This document shows, piece by piece, positions 34,101-47,214 of a stretch of DNA of 64,000 bases. The notes beneath the pieces are model-generated. The model searched no databases and was not told where the DNA came from. It was given only the letters and a program-made list of their open reading frames with translations. Each line of letters begins with the position of its first letter. Position 1 is the first letter of the stretch. The position numbers were made by a program, and so were the translations under genes. Where the stretch lies: the NCBI RefSeq assembly GCF_964213995.1, contig NC_135820.1, positions 124,001-188,000 on the forward strand, given 5' to 3'. The DNA is from Mustelus asterias (Eukaryota).

Positions 34101-37100
34101 CCCCTACTATATTTACGGATGGGCATCCGGTGCCGGAAAAAGATGAACGATTTCCCCAGTTCTGCCAGGGTAGGTTACTCTTCTCATCACTCTCAATTCA
34201 CACACCCATCACATCCACAGGGAGCTCACTTACTGCCAGCTCAAGGGACACCACCACTCGCTCTCCCACACAATTCTTCCTCTTCCCCACAGGTAGTTTC
34301 CTTATCACCTTGCTGCTTCCATTCACCATTCACACATGTCAGGCATCTTATCATCTGCCTTAGCATGCAGCCTCCTTACATTCTCTCCATCTGTATTCAG
34401 ACACAATAAGTTGGAACAATAATCAAAAGATCCCAAATGGATGTCTGAGAGGAAAATCCTCACAGATTCTGAAGAAAGAGCCCTCTCGCTGTGCGGGGAG
34501 GAAGACAATCACTCCTGTGTCGATGGTGAGGTGGGCGGTGATAAACCCAGTGAGAATCTAGCACAGCACCGTCCATCACACAATACTGATGTGAGTCATG
34601 TCTCCTGTATCTGAAGACCCCTGTCATACACTCATCAAATCTTCGTCTCACATAAGGAGAATAGCTCCGAGCAGCTGAAGCGCAACCCGGGACCATTCAC
34701 CCTGGTGACTCCGAGAGCCTGTTGCCTATCCAAGTCCCCTCTTCTTCTGAGTGCCTCAGCTCCAGCTCGACAGGCCGAGGAGGGTGGCTCTGCCACACAG
34801 CAGGCCCCGAAAGCAGACCGGGGCCCTCCAGGTATCAGCCCTCCAGAGGGTGCCTGCCAAGGCCATTACAGACAACAGGGTGTGGCAAACAGCAGGGCAC
34901 CCCACCTCTGCTGTGGATTTTGGGAAAGCACCTAGACATGGCAGTGGGGTTGGAAAGATTATGAAGATCTTGTTACACAGCATGGGCACAGGCATTAAGC
35001 ACTTGTAGATAGTGTCCACCTCTTAATAAACTCTCACTTATTGTATCCTCTCAATAATGGCTCCTTGTTCTGCTGTGGTGTCTTCCTGTAGGGCCGAAAA
35101 GAAAAGCTGATTCCTGTACCACAGAGAGGCCATGTGCTCAGTCCAGAGCTTCCTCTGTGTCATCTCTGCAAGATTGCCAGCACATTGGTGGCAATCCCTC
35201 ACAGTGACTGAACATATCAGTCATGTCTATTTCTCGCAGGGAATGAGGACCTCTCCCACATTGTACAGGGATACCGTCACTCATCCCAATCATTGTCAAT
35301 ATGTGCTCTCTGTATGTTACCCAGCTCCTTGTCTCCAAATTCAATTTTCCTCAGCCTCTGGTGACACCGAACCTCAAGGTTCACCTTGATCACCAAGGAT
35401 GAACTTAGACCAGGAGAGCTGAAACTCTCCACATGACATGATGCTGGTCATTGAGTGCAAGTGAGTTCCAACGGCCAGATAGGAGTCAGACACTCACAGT
35501 ATCTCTTTGAGGATCTGTCCCCACTGCAGGTCATCATCTTCCTCCTGCAGCATAGGGACTATGGTCAATGCTCCTTCCCCAGGTCACGAGCCTTATCACT
35601 GACGGTACGACCTTCCAGCAGTCAGACGGGAGAGCAATGCTCACAGAAAGGACATGAGGATGATGGGATGTCCTCACTGGCTGACCTCATCACCCTCCAT
35701 GAATCTGCTGGCAATGAGCCCATCCCAAGCTCGTCTGCCCCCTCCGACCATCGCCATTGCCTCATGGCCTGCATCCTCTCCCTCCAGGATCTCCTCTTTC
35801 TCATCCATCTCAACGTCCTCCTCATCCAAGTAAATGTGCCACTCCACCATCTCCCCCTCGGGGTGTTCCTCCTCTCATTGAAGCGCCAGGTCGTACAGGT
35901 CCCAGTAGATGACCAGAATGCGTCACAGCCTCTGCAGGGCTCCACCAAGCTGCTCCAGGCACTGGAACTAGCTCTTCATTATCCCTATGGTCTGTGTTCC
36001 ACCTCATTGTATCTAGTCTCAGCTGCACTCTGCGACCTCAGCATAGGCGTCATTCGCTACATCCTCAGTGGGGATCCCTTGTCCCTGAAGAGTCAACCCT
36101 GCAGCTGACGTAGACTCTCAAACATGCCAGGGATCTTAGATCAGCTCAGGGTGTATATGTTCTTCCCAGAGAACAGAGCACACATCTGGAGGATTGATTG
36201 TGTGCGATCAGCTGAACATTCGGAGCGGAAGCCCTTGCGGTTCACACTGCACTCCTTGAAGCCATGGGGATCTGAGAGCCGTGTGAGTGCAGTTGATGGC
36301 ACCCGGCACTTGTGGAAACCCAGGCATCTGGGTGACTCTCAATGTTCCTGCCTAATCCGAGTCAAAATGGACAAAGTTGTGTGCCCTCACAAAGTTCTTC
36401 ACCTCCTGGATACACTTCTCTGCAGAGGCTTATGGGATGTCACAAAAGTCACTCATGGAGCCCAGGAAGGAACCAGACACATAAAAGTTGAGAGAAGCGG
36501 TGACTTTCAAAGCCTCAGGCAGTGGATGTCCCTCCAGGTCAACTTTGCTCCAGGCAACTTGACAGAGGGACCACAACTTTGGCCACTCTACTGCATCCTG
36601 AGCTCTCATCTCAGGTGCAGGCTTGTCTCAAGCTTCACTCCAAAGCTTGTGCCCAACGGGTCATCAGGGGCATCCGTCAAAATGCACCTCAGTGCACCTT
36701 TTAACATTCAGAGGGTTCTCCTCAGGCAGTGTGCCTTTCAAAATGGTTCAAGGAGATGTATGTACCTGCACAGTTGAACAAGGTGCAGCACTCACTGCAC
36801 GATAGCACTCACTCAATGTGGAGGTCAGCGGAGCACAAGTTAACTGCTGTGCAGCAATCAGTGGCACTCACACAAATCAGTTCTGCTGTAGTGGGCATAA
36901 TTGGATGAGTAGTTAGACAATCGGCTTGCTAATTGAGTTGTAGCTGAATGATCTGAGCTGCAACAGAATGTTAATTACTGACACAACTCATTATTAGACT
37001 TACACTTGTCAGTAATAAGCCTGCAGACTGCCCCCCCCCCACCCCCATTCCCCCTCCCACAAAATGTGAGTGCATCCATCAGCCCCTGATGACTGGCCAC

Positions 37101-37719
37101 CCACCGGCCCACGTTTCTCATTGTGGCGTATGGCCCAGGAGCAGAAGGCAGCCTCAGGAACTGTGATTTTAACACTTGACGGTCTTCCCCCTTTGGCCTG
37201 GAGTCTTTCTCCCACTGCCCCCTAATCTTCTCCCCAAAGGGCCAGAGTCATCCACCCTCACCCTGAATCTCCCTTCTGTCGCCCCAAGGCCTTTGCCCCT
37301 CATCATCAAGACATTTGCCGCTCATCTCCGAGGAACTTTGCGCCTTAGCCCTGTGGCCTTTTCCCTGATCCACGTGTGGCCTTCCCTGATGCCCATATGA
37401 AAAATTGGTGCCGCTTCATGAGCTGTCTGCTCATCTGCGAACTCCCCCCGGAGGTCCTCGCCATTGGTCGCCAGAGGGGTCTTCCAGTTCCGCCCAAGTT
37501 TATGTTATTTTGCACGGCTCGCTCACCCTGCCACCAGGGAATCCATCCCCAGTGCCACCTTCGACACGACTAGAAGATCTCACTAGCGGGAAGAGCTGGA
37601 AAATCCCATCCACAGTATCACCAATTTAAAGGGTTGCAAATAATCTTAACTACCTTCAGAACTAACTTGCCCCAGACTGCTGCACAACACCTTGTAGATT
37701 TTAAGATTTATAAAATTCC

Positions 37720-40700
37720 AGTAACTGTTACCGCATAAGGCAGCTATGTCTGTTGGGGTTGCTTCTGAGGTAAACCAGCAGCTTGCTTTTCAAATCAGGC
37801 TTTCTCCGCAGAAACTACTCACTGTGAGTTCCTTTTTGTTCGGGGAGGTCTACAAAACAGCCCTCTGCAGAGGTTTAAGTTTTTTCCCCTTTGATCTTTC
37901 CCTTACTAGAGATTGGGGGGGAAGGGAAAGTCAGGGAACCAAGAGGTGAAGGAATCAGTGGGAAGCGTAGCTGCTTAGGATTACAAAAAATCATGAAAAG
38001 ACAGCACTCAGGAGAGGTTACGATAGTCCCCATCTCACAAAATATGACACAGTGTCTGGAAAGGCTCAGTAGACCAAGGTCCACCACACTACGAAAACAA
38101 AAAGGGACGGTCAATAGGGAATTAAAGGTGCTATATTTAAATGCCCGCAGTGTCCGGAACAAGATAGATGAGCTTGTGGCCCAGATTGTGACTGGCAGGT
38201 ATGATGTGGTAGGCATCACAGAGACGTGGTTGCAGGGGGTTCAGGACTGGCAGTTAAACATCCAGGGATTCACAACCTATCGAAAAGACAGAGGGGTGGG
38301 TAGAGGGGGCGGGGTTGCCTTGTTAATTAGAAATGAAATTAAATCAATAGCACTAAACGACATAGGGTCAGACGATGTGGAGTCTGTGTGGGTAGAGTTG
38401 AGGAACCACAAAGGCAAAAAAACCATAATGGGAGTTATGTACAGGCCTCCTGACAGTGGTCAGGACCAGGGGCACAAAATGCACCACGAAATAGAAAGGG
38501 CATGTCAGAAAGGCAAGGTCACAGTGATCATGGGGGATTTCAATATGCAGGTGGACTGGGTAAATAATGTTGCCAGTGGACCCAAAGAAAGGGAATTCAT
38601 TGAATGTTTACAGGATGGCTTTTTGGAACAGCTTGTGATGGAGCCCACGAGGGAACAGGCTATTCTGGACTTAGTGTTATGTAATGAGCCAGACGTGATA
38701 AAAGATCTTAAAGTAAGGGAACACTTAGGAAGCAGTGATCATAATATGGTAGAATTCAGTCTGCAATTTGAAAGAAGGAAGGCAGAATCAGATGTGAAGG
38801 TTCTACAGTTAAATAAAGGTAATTACAGGCGCATGAGGGAGGAACTGACAAAAATCGACTGGAAGCAGAGCCTAATGGGAAAGACAGTAGAACAGCAATG
38901 GCAGGAGTTTCTGGGAGTAATTGAGGACACAGTGCAGAGGTTCATCCCAAACAAAAGAAAGGTTATCAGAGGGGGGATTAGGCAGCCATGGCTGACAAAG
39001 GAAGTCAGGGAATGCATCAAGGCAAAAGAGAGAGCCTATAATGTGGCAAAGAGTAGTGGGAAGTCAGAAGATTGGGAAGGCTATAAAAACAAACAGAGGA
39101 TAACAAAGAGAGAAATAAGGAAGGAGAGGATCAAATATGAAGGTAGGCTAGCCAGTAACATTAGGAATGATAGTAAAAGTTTCTTTAAATACATTAAAAA
39201 CAAACGGGAGGCAAAAGTAGACATTGGGCCGCTCCAAAATGACGCTGGTAATCTAGTGATGGGAGACAAGGAAATAGCTGAGGAACTTAATAAGTACTTT
39301 GCGTCAGTCTTCACAGTAGAAGACATGAGTAATATCCCAACAATTCAGGAAAGTCAGGGGGCAGAGTTGAATATGGTTGCCATCACAAAGGAGAAAGTGC
39401 TAGAGAAACTAAAAGGTCTGAAAATTGATAAATCTCCGGGCCCAGATGGGCTACATCCTAGAGTTCTAAAGGAGATAGCTGAAGAAATAGTGGAGGCGTT
39501 AGTTATGATCTTTCAAAAGTCACTGGAGTCAGGGAAAGTCCCAGAGGATTGGAAAATCGCTGTTGTAACCCCACTGTTCAAGAAGGGAACAAGAAAAAAG
39601 ATGGAAAATTATAGGCCAATTAGCCTAACCTCAGTTGTTGGCAAAATTCTAGAATCCATCGTTAAGGATGAGATTTCTAAATTCTTGGAAGTGCAGGGTC
39701 GGATTAAGACAAGTCAGCATGGATTTAGTAAGGGGAGGTCGTGCCTGACAAACCTGTTAGAGTTCTTTGAAGAGATAACAAATAGGTTAGACCAAGGAGA
39801 GCCAATGGATGTTATCTATCTTGACTTCCAAAAGGCCTTTGACAAGGTGCCTCACGGGAGACTGCTGAGTAAAATAAGGGCCCATGGTATTCGAGGCAAG
39901 GTACTAACATGGATTGACGATTGGCTGTCAGACAGAAGGCAGAGAGTTGGGATAAAAGGTTCTTTCTCAGAATGGCAACCGGTGACAAGTGGTGTCCCGC
40001 AGGGTTCAGTGTTGGGGCCACAGCTGTTCTCTTTATATATTAACGATCTAGATGACGGGACTGGGAGCATTCTGGCCAAGTTTGCCGATGATACAAAGAT
40101 AGGTGGAGGGGCAGGTAGTATTGAGGAGGTGGGGAGGCTGCAGAAAGATTTAGACAGTTTAGGAGAGTGGTCCAAGAAGTGGCTGATGAAATTCAACGTG
40201 GGCAAGTGCGAGGTCGTACACTTTGGAAAAAAGAATAGAGGCATGGACTATTTTCTAAACGGTGACAAAATTCATAATGCTAAAGTGCAAAGGGACTTGG
40301 GAGTCCTAGTCCAGGATTCTCTAAAGGTAAACTTGCAGGTTGAGTCCGTAATTAAGAAAGCAAATGTAATAGAACATAGAACATAGAAAGTCACAGCACA
40401 AACAGGCCCTTCGGCCCACAAGTTGCGCCGATCACATCCCCACCTCTAGGCCTATCTATAGCCCTCAATCCCATTAAATCCCATGTACTCATCCAGAAGT
40501 CTCTTAAAAGACCCCAACGAGTTTGCCTCCACCACCACCGACGTCAGCCGATTCCACTCACCCACCACCCTCTGAGTGAAAAACTTACCCCTGACATCCC
40601 CCCTGTACCTACCCCCCAGCACCTTAAACCTGTGTCCTCTCGTAGCAACCATTTCAGCCCTTGGAAATAGCCTCTGAGAGTCCACCCTATCCAGACCCCT

Positions 40701-41845
40701 CAACATCTTGTAAACCTCTATCAGGTCACCTCTCATCCTTCGTCTCTCCAGGGAGAAGAGACCAAGCTCCCTCAACCTATCCTCATAAGGCATGCCCCCC
40801 AATCCAGGCAACATCCTTGTAAATCTCCTCTGCACCCTTTCAATGGCTTCAACATCTTTCCTGTAATGAGGTGACCAGAACTGCGCGCAGTACTCCAAGT
40901 GGGGTCTAACCAGGGTCCTATAAAGCTGCAGCATTATCTCCCGACTCCTAAACTCAATCCCTCGATTAATGAAGGCTAGTACGCCATACGCCTTCTTGAC
41001 CGCATCCTCCACCTGCGAGGCCGATTTAAGAGTCCTATGGACCCGGACCCCAAGGTCCTTCTGATCCTCTACACTGCTAAGAATGGTACCCTTCATTTTA
41101 TACTGCTGCTCCATCCCATTGGATCTGCCAAAATGGATCACCACACACTTATCCGGGTTGAAGTCCATCTGCCACTTCTCCGCCCAGTCTTGCATTCTAT
41201 CTATCTATGTTGTCATTTATCTCAAGAGGCTTGGAATACAAAAGCAGGGATGTACTTCTGAGGCTTTATAAAGCACTGGTTAGGCCCCATTTGGAGTACT
41301 GTGAGCAATTTTGGGCCCCACACCTCAGGAAGGACATACTGGCACTGGAGCGGGTCCAGCGGAGATTCACACGGATGATCCCAGGAATGGTAGGCCTGAC
41401 ATACGATGAACGTCTGAGGATCGTGGGATTATATTCATTGGAGTTTAGGAGGTTGAGGGGAGATCTGATAGAAACTTACAAGATAATGAACGGCTTAGAT
41501 AGGATGGACGTAGGGAAGTTGTTTCCATTAACAGGGGAGACTAGGACGCGGGGGCACAGCCTTAGAATAAAAGGGAGTCACTTTAGAACAGAGATGAGGA
41601 GAAATTTCTTCAGCCAGAGAGTGGTGGGTCTGTGGAATTCATTGCCACAGAGGGCTGTGGAGGCCGAGACGTTGAGCGTCTTCAAGACAGAAATTGATAA
41701 ATTCTTGATTTCTCGAGGAATTAAGGGCTATGGGGAGAGAGCGGGTAAATGGAGTTGAAATCAACCATGATTGAATGGTGGAGTGGACTCGATGGGCCGA
41801 ATGGCCTTACTTCCGCTCCTATGTCTTATGGTCTTATGGTCTTAT
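37720..41845 (+). mobile_element. Young CR1 LINE with complete APE-RT ORF2, split by an antisense CR1 insertion
   Basis: ORFs 37891-40386 and 41207-41758 are contiguous APE-RT parts without internal stops; tail tatgtcttatggtcttatggtctt. Confidence 0.95.
40369..41206 (-). mobile_element. 5'-truncated CR1 LINE nested in antisense
   Basis: ORF 40452-41195; tail tagaacatagaacatag. Confidence 0.93.
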
Positions 41846-42254
41846 TTGACCTAACTTCTTTAGAACTGCACTCCCTCAGACTTAATTACCTTGATCTCTT
41901 GATTTTAGCTTTTGGATTTTAAAAGTGAAGTAAACTCACTCTGTGCATCTCTTCTTCGCATTGCTTTTTCACACCTTGTATCTCTTCCTTTGAAACCTTA
42001 ACAACCTCAAATCTATTCTGTCCCCCATTGTTACTAACTTGCCTTTGGTAGACATCTTTTGCAGTGTAGACACTTTCAGCCAAATATCAAATGAACTATT
42101 TCCATTCACAATCACTCTGTCCCTGACTTAATTAGGTTACATTTCCCCCACAGTTTTACAATATATAACCAGAACATTAATAACAGAAAATATTCTGATT
42201 TATTGGGTTTCCCTGATATTTTCATGATGCCAATATGTTCCTGCCAATATAAAA

Positions 42255-43040
42255 GCATAGAATGATGCAGTGCTGAAGGAGGCCATTTGACCCATCATTC
42301 TTGGGTTTAACTGTCAGTGAGTAATTTCTGTTAAAAAAGCCTGATTTGAAAAGTAAGCTGCTGGTTTACCTTAGAAACATCCCCAAGAGACATAACTGCC
42401 TTGAGTGGTAACAGTTACTGGATTTTTATAGATTTTAAAATCTTTGAAAGAGCTTTCCAATTATTCCCATTCCACCCTGCTCTTTCCCCCATGGAGCTGT
42501 GAATGTTTTTTTCAAGTATTTATCCAATTCCTTTAAGTTCCGATTGAATCTGCCTCCACTGCCCTTTCAGGCAGCACCTTCCAGATCACAGCAAATCGCT
42601 GTGCAGAGTAAAACGTAGTCCACCTGCTCAGTGGTGGTTGCACTTACAGTTAAGGGAAGATGTGGAGAATTATTCTCATTCAAGTGGATCGTCAGAATGG
42701 TTACATCAAGACACTATTCGGCCCACTGTCTCTGTGCTAGCTCTCTGAAAAAGCAACTCACCCAGCCCCACTCTCCCCCTCCGCCTTCTCATTCCCCTGC
42801 ACATTCTGATCCAATTCTCTTTTGAAATCTTTAATTGAATCTGCCTTTCCCATGCTCTTAGACAGTGGATTCCTGATCCTAACCACTCGCTGGGTGAAAA
42901 AGTCTCTCCCCGTGCTGCCGTCACCTCCTTCACCTTTGATCTGCATCCCTCTGGTTCTTGATAACTCTACCAATGAGAACAGTTTCTTCCTCTCTACTCT
43001 TTCCCAGAGCCCCTCGTGGTTTTTGAACACTTTGATCATC
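42255..43040 (-). mobile_element. Old CR1 3' fragments
   Basis: ORF 42758-43039 LFSLVELSRTRG..FFTQRVVRI; gaaggaggccatt tail motif. Confidence 0.6.
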
Positions 43041-43042
43041 TA

Positions 43043-43210
43043 CTTCAGACAATGTGAATCCAAAGAGATTCCTTAAACATTGAGGATCCAAGAGATTCTT
43101 CAGACAATGTGAATCCAAAGAGATTCCTCAGACAATGAGGATCCAAGAGGTTCCTCAGACAATGAGGACCCAAAGAGATTCCTTTGACAATGAAGGGTCC
43201 TGAGGACCAT
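43043..43210 (+). repeat. Short ~27-bp tandem repeat (CAGACAATG(T)GA(A/G)GATCCAAAGAGATTC-like), about 6 copies
   Basis: Visible degenerate periodicity. Confidence 0.75.
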
Positions 43211-43431
43211 GAGTTAATGCAGAATGAACTTGTCCACTCCTGTGTCCAGGATTCTCTTTCATCCATTGTGAAACCTTGGGTAGTTCCTTATGTGTCCTGT
43301 AGATGGTCCACACTGTGGCCACTGTGCACCAGTGACGGGAGGCGGGGGGAGGGGAGGGTAGGTGGGCTGGATATTGAATCTAGTGGATCTACAATCCATC
43401 CAGTATTAAATGTTGATATTTCTCTCCCCAG

Positions 43432-43800
43432 TTGGACTGTCACAAGAGTGGAAAAGGAACACTCCACGAAAGGTGACAGCACAGGAAGGTTCATGTGTAC
43501 AGATCCCATGTCATTACAGTTATCCATCACATTTGGAAAAACAGACGCGAGATGGAGTCTGGTTTTATGCTGAGAAACAGATTCCCTGGGCTCCCCTAGC
43601 CTTTCACTCCAAGGATCACAATCACGAGTTGCAACAATTCCGCCATCGGACCCGGCTGTCTGGAGACCTGAAAGATGGCGACTGTTCCCTGATTATAAAC
43701 AACGTCACACGGGGAGATGCTGGACCTTATTTTTTCAGAATAGAGTTTGACACCGGCCCCAGCCATAACTATTACCCAGTAACCCGGCTTCGCGTTTCTG
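43432..43800 (+). CDS. Siglec-like gene 2, N-terminal V-set sialic-acid-binding Ig exon (phase 1-1)
   Basis: Acceptor ctctccccag and donor gtaagt. W..TP..V.AQEGSCVQIPC.YSYP, RTRL.GD...DCSL.I, DAGPYFFR: Siglec B/E-strand Cys, extra Cys, no F-strand Cys, Arg codon at 43737-39. Confidence 0.95.
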
Positions 43801-44069
43801 GTAAGTGCTGTGTTATAATTACTCAACAATTCACATTCAAACTGTGACATTTACAAATTAACACAAAACACAGCTTATTATAACCCAGTGTCTGATTATC
43901 AATAACCTGGTGATAGCTTACAGTTCAGTCCTAAAGCAACCTCTAATACTCACTTTAGTATCAATGATGAAATATATTTATTGTGTCCATCAAGGTTATC
44001 AGGTTATGTGCTTCGATGGTTCTTTCTAATCCTGTTTAAAAGTTTTACATATTGACAAAAGAAAGACTC

Positions 44070-45017
44070 GGGGTAATCTTACTGACTCGTCACACTGATC
44101 GATCGGCGTGGTGGGCCAGTAAGATTGGGCGAGAGTCGGACAATTGGGCCTGCGTCCGGTTTCTAGCCTGCCTCTCGTGGTGTTACCGGCTCCATTTTGT
44201 CAGCTATATTAGCCTTGCGCCTGGGAAGGGAGTGAGGCTGATTTAAATATTAACTTGTTAATTTAAATGTTATTATTGAGTCCTGGACGCAATTTTCCGG
44301 GCTCATTTGTCTTTTCTTGCTCATCGGTGGTGGTTCTCACTGGCGAGGATCACCCATGGTCCCCACCAACAGGGTCGCTGGTGGAACGGGAGGCCATTGA
44401 GGGCCCCTGGGTGGCTGGGGCAGGGGTGTTCAGTGTCCTTTGGGCAGTGCCAGTCTGGCAATCTGGCAATACCCACTGGGAACCTGGCACTGTCCACCAG
44501 GCACCAGGTAGTGCCGAGTGGGCGGAGCTTAAGGAGAGAGGATAAAGCCTTAAAGGAGCAGGGCTTGAAGGGGACAGGCCCATGACAGGGGCAGGGTCAT
44601 GGGCGGAGGCAAGGGGGGAGGTCAATAGGGGCGATGTACTCTGCATGGGGGGGAGGGGGTTTGGAAATTGACTGGGACGGCGCTTGGTGGTGGGGGGGGC
44701 GGGGGGGGGGGGGGGGGGGGGGGCGGTCAGGGGTGGCAATCGGCCAGTACACCGATCATCCAGGGCGTCGATTGGCAGGTGGTGGGGCGGGGGGATCGGG
44801 GAATGGGGGGAAGTGATAGATCTGCCAGTGCATGCACAATGGTGCCCTCAGAGTTCAGCACCAGCTTCCCCGCCCACCCCCCTTACTGGCGAGAATCACA
44901 TTTTGCCTAATGTATTTTCTATGTGCTGTACGATTGCGACTGGGAGCTCGACTGAAAAATGGAAGCAATTCTCTCCCATTTTCACGTTTGTTAGAATTTG
45001 TTTGGTAATATTGCCCC
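44070..45017. mobile_element. GC-rich non-autonomous TIR element (Harbinger-like MITE)
   Basis: TIRs ggggtaatcttac / gtaatattgcccc; poly-G interior. Confidence 0.7.
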
Positions 45018-45437
45018 CTCACATTTCTGCAATACATTTCACCACCTCAACACATCCCAAATCAATTGAAAAACAATGAAATATTTAGGAATGTATTCAG
45101 TGTTTGAGACGTAGCAACAAATCTGTGTGTCGCTTTATCCCACAAACAGCAATGAGATAAATAACCTGATCATCTGTTTTTGCTCCTGGGTTAGGGATGG
45201 TGGTTTTGAACTATTTCTTTCCTGCCATGGACAGAGTTGATTTTAACTGTGGAAGTGATTTTTGAGGAAGTGATGAGCTGGTGCTGTCCAAGGTGGAACT
45301 ATTCCTCCACCCTATTATTGTCAATTCAAGGGACTCTGGGTGAAAGTGTATGAATCTCAATGACAGACACTGAAATTAGCAAATTATTTGGTTTGATTTA
45401 TTATTGTCATGTGTATTGGTACACAGTGAAAAGTCAT

Positions 45438-46360
45438 GGGGATGATTCTCCCCCTGGAGATTTCAGCGGCGCCCAATGCGTGGGGTCTGCACTGGGCGTC
45501 CCGTCCCGCTAGCATCTCCCTGTGCCGGGTTTCCAGCAGCGTCACATCTGCATTGGAAATCAGCGGGGAAACACAGATATTATGGAAATGACATCGAGCA
45601 TCTCCCCTCCCCCACCAGAATGGTTCACTCCAGCGGCATATAAGGTAGCTCCCCACTTTTGGGGAGCTGGAGGCCCAACTCCACTGGAGCGAAGGGAGAG
45701 AAATCGGAACCCCCCCCAACGGGTGGACAGCGAGGAGGGTGCCTCCTGCACATTGGCACCTTGGCAATACCAGCCTGTGATCCCTGGCACAGCCCAAGGG
45801 GCAAAGTGCCAATGCCCAGGGGGCACCTTAGCACTGCCCATTGGGCATGAGGCAGGGCATGGTGGGGTGAGACCCGCTGCCAATCTGCATAGGGATCGGT
45901 GGGGGAGGGAGGGAGGCCAGTGATCGGGGCTGGCCATCGGGGGGGGGCGAGGGTGTGTGTCGGGATTGTCGAGGAGGGTTCCGGACTGTCACGGTGGGAG
46001 TGGGGGAAACTTAGGGGCTGGCCCGGGGAGGTCTGGGAGGCCAGCGATCAGGGGGTCGGAGGGGGCATCGGAAGGCCAGCAATTGGGCTATCCAGCGATC
46101 TGGATGCCGGCAATGGGGGACAACTGCGCTTGCGCAGATCTCCGCGCTGACAGATTGGCACATGCACAGTTGCCCACTCAGCGCTATGCTGCCGGCCTCT
46201 TGGGCAGGAATAGGTCTCGCCCACAGATTTCCAGAGTGAATCATGCTGTGTGATCAGAATGTCGGACATTCATTCTGGAAATCATGCTAAAAAAAACAGT
46301 GGGATTTACTCCCATTATCCTGCACCTTGGAAACTTAGAATTTTTTTGGGGAGAACCCAC
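45438..46360. mobile_element. GC-rich non-autonomous TIR element (Harbinger-like MITE)
   Basis: ggggatgattctccc ... gggagaacccac; subterminal acttagaattttt shared with 58772-59650. Confidence 0.65.
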
Positions 46361-46436
46361 ATTTCCCAATAAATAAAACTGTAATTAAAGATGGGTTCTC
46401 GGAGTTATGATACGATTTTGTGAATTAAATCAGTTT

Positions 46437-46736
46437 CATAGAATTCCTACAGTACAGAAGGGGGCCATTCGGCCCATTGAGCCTGCACTGACAACAATCC
46501 CAGTCCCTATCCCTGTAACTCCGCGTATTAACCCTGCTAATTCCTCTGACACTAAGGGACAAGTTAGCATGGCCAATCCATCTAACCTACACACCTCTGA
46601 ACTATGGGAGAAAACCGGAGCCCCCAGAGGAAACCCACGCAGACACAGGGATAACGTGCAAACTCCACACAGACAGTGACCTGACCTGGGTTCCTGGCGT
46701 TGTGAGGCAGCAGTGCTAACCACTGTGCCACCGTGC
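46437..46736 (-). mobile_element. HE1-type SINE
   Basis: Reverse complement of HE1 head, core and tail. Confidence 0.85.
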
Positions 46737-47214
46737 ACAAAGAGAGCAAAGATAATATTTTTGAAATTTTCTCACTGTGGGTTCTGCTAGCGCACAAATT
46801 AAACTTTATTGACACCTTCTTTGCAAAAGTGTCAATTTGCAAATACAGTTGGAAGATGACTAACTAAATTACCACAAGCTCTTATTTGGAACTGTGAATA
46901 GACACTGATGCACAGTCAGAAGATACAGTGGCCTTATTGGCTCCTTGCTACAAGAAACAGCAGAACATTCAAACAGATTTTTAGAGACATATTCAGAGTG
47001 TTCGGGGCCAGATCAGAAACTCTAAGGTATTTATGAAGTTAGACCCCAACTTCTCCTTTTGATTTTAGCATTAGGGTGTTTCACTCCAGGTATGATTTAA
47101 TTGACTCACTAGGAAGCTTTTATCAAAACAAACTTTATTTAAGAACACAGTTAAAATATAACCAAATTAATTAGCCCACCTTTTACCGATCAAAACACTT
47201 AAACATGATAAAGT

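Larger units (their letters stand above)
31712..37611. mobile_element. Decayed PIF/Harbinger DNA transposon (transposase on minus ~35830-36760, Myb-like partner on plus ~34130-35400), with nested LINEs
   Basis: Imperfect TIRs ggacggaattctcc / ggaaaatcccatcc; minus-strand GAI(N)CTH and NRKGF motifs; plus-strand CRKKMND..SAR. Confidence 0.6.

Noticed and set aside
35455-36777. Two 217-aa plus-strand ORFs
   Set aside because: Antisense to the decayed Harbinger transposase; no recognisable domain
44267-46269. Gly/Pro-rich ORFs (also 59026-59579)
   Set aside because: Arise from GC-rich MITE interiors and poly-G runs
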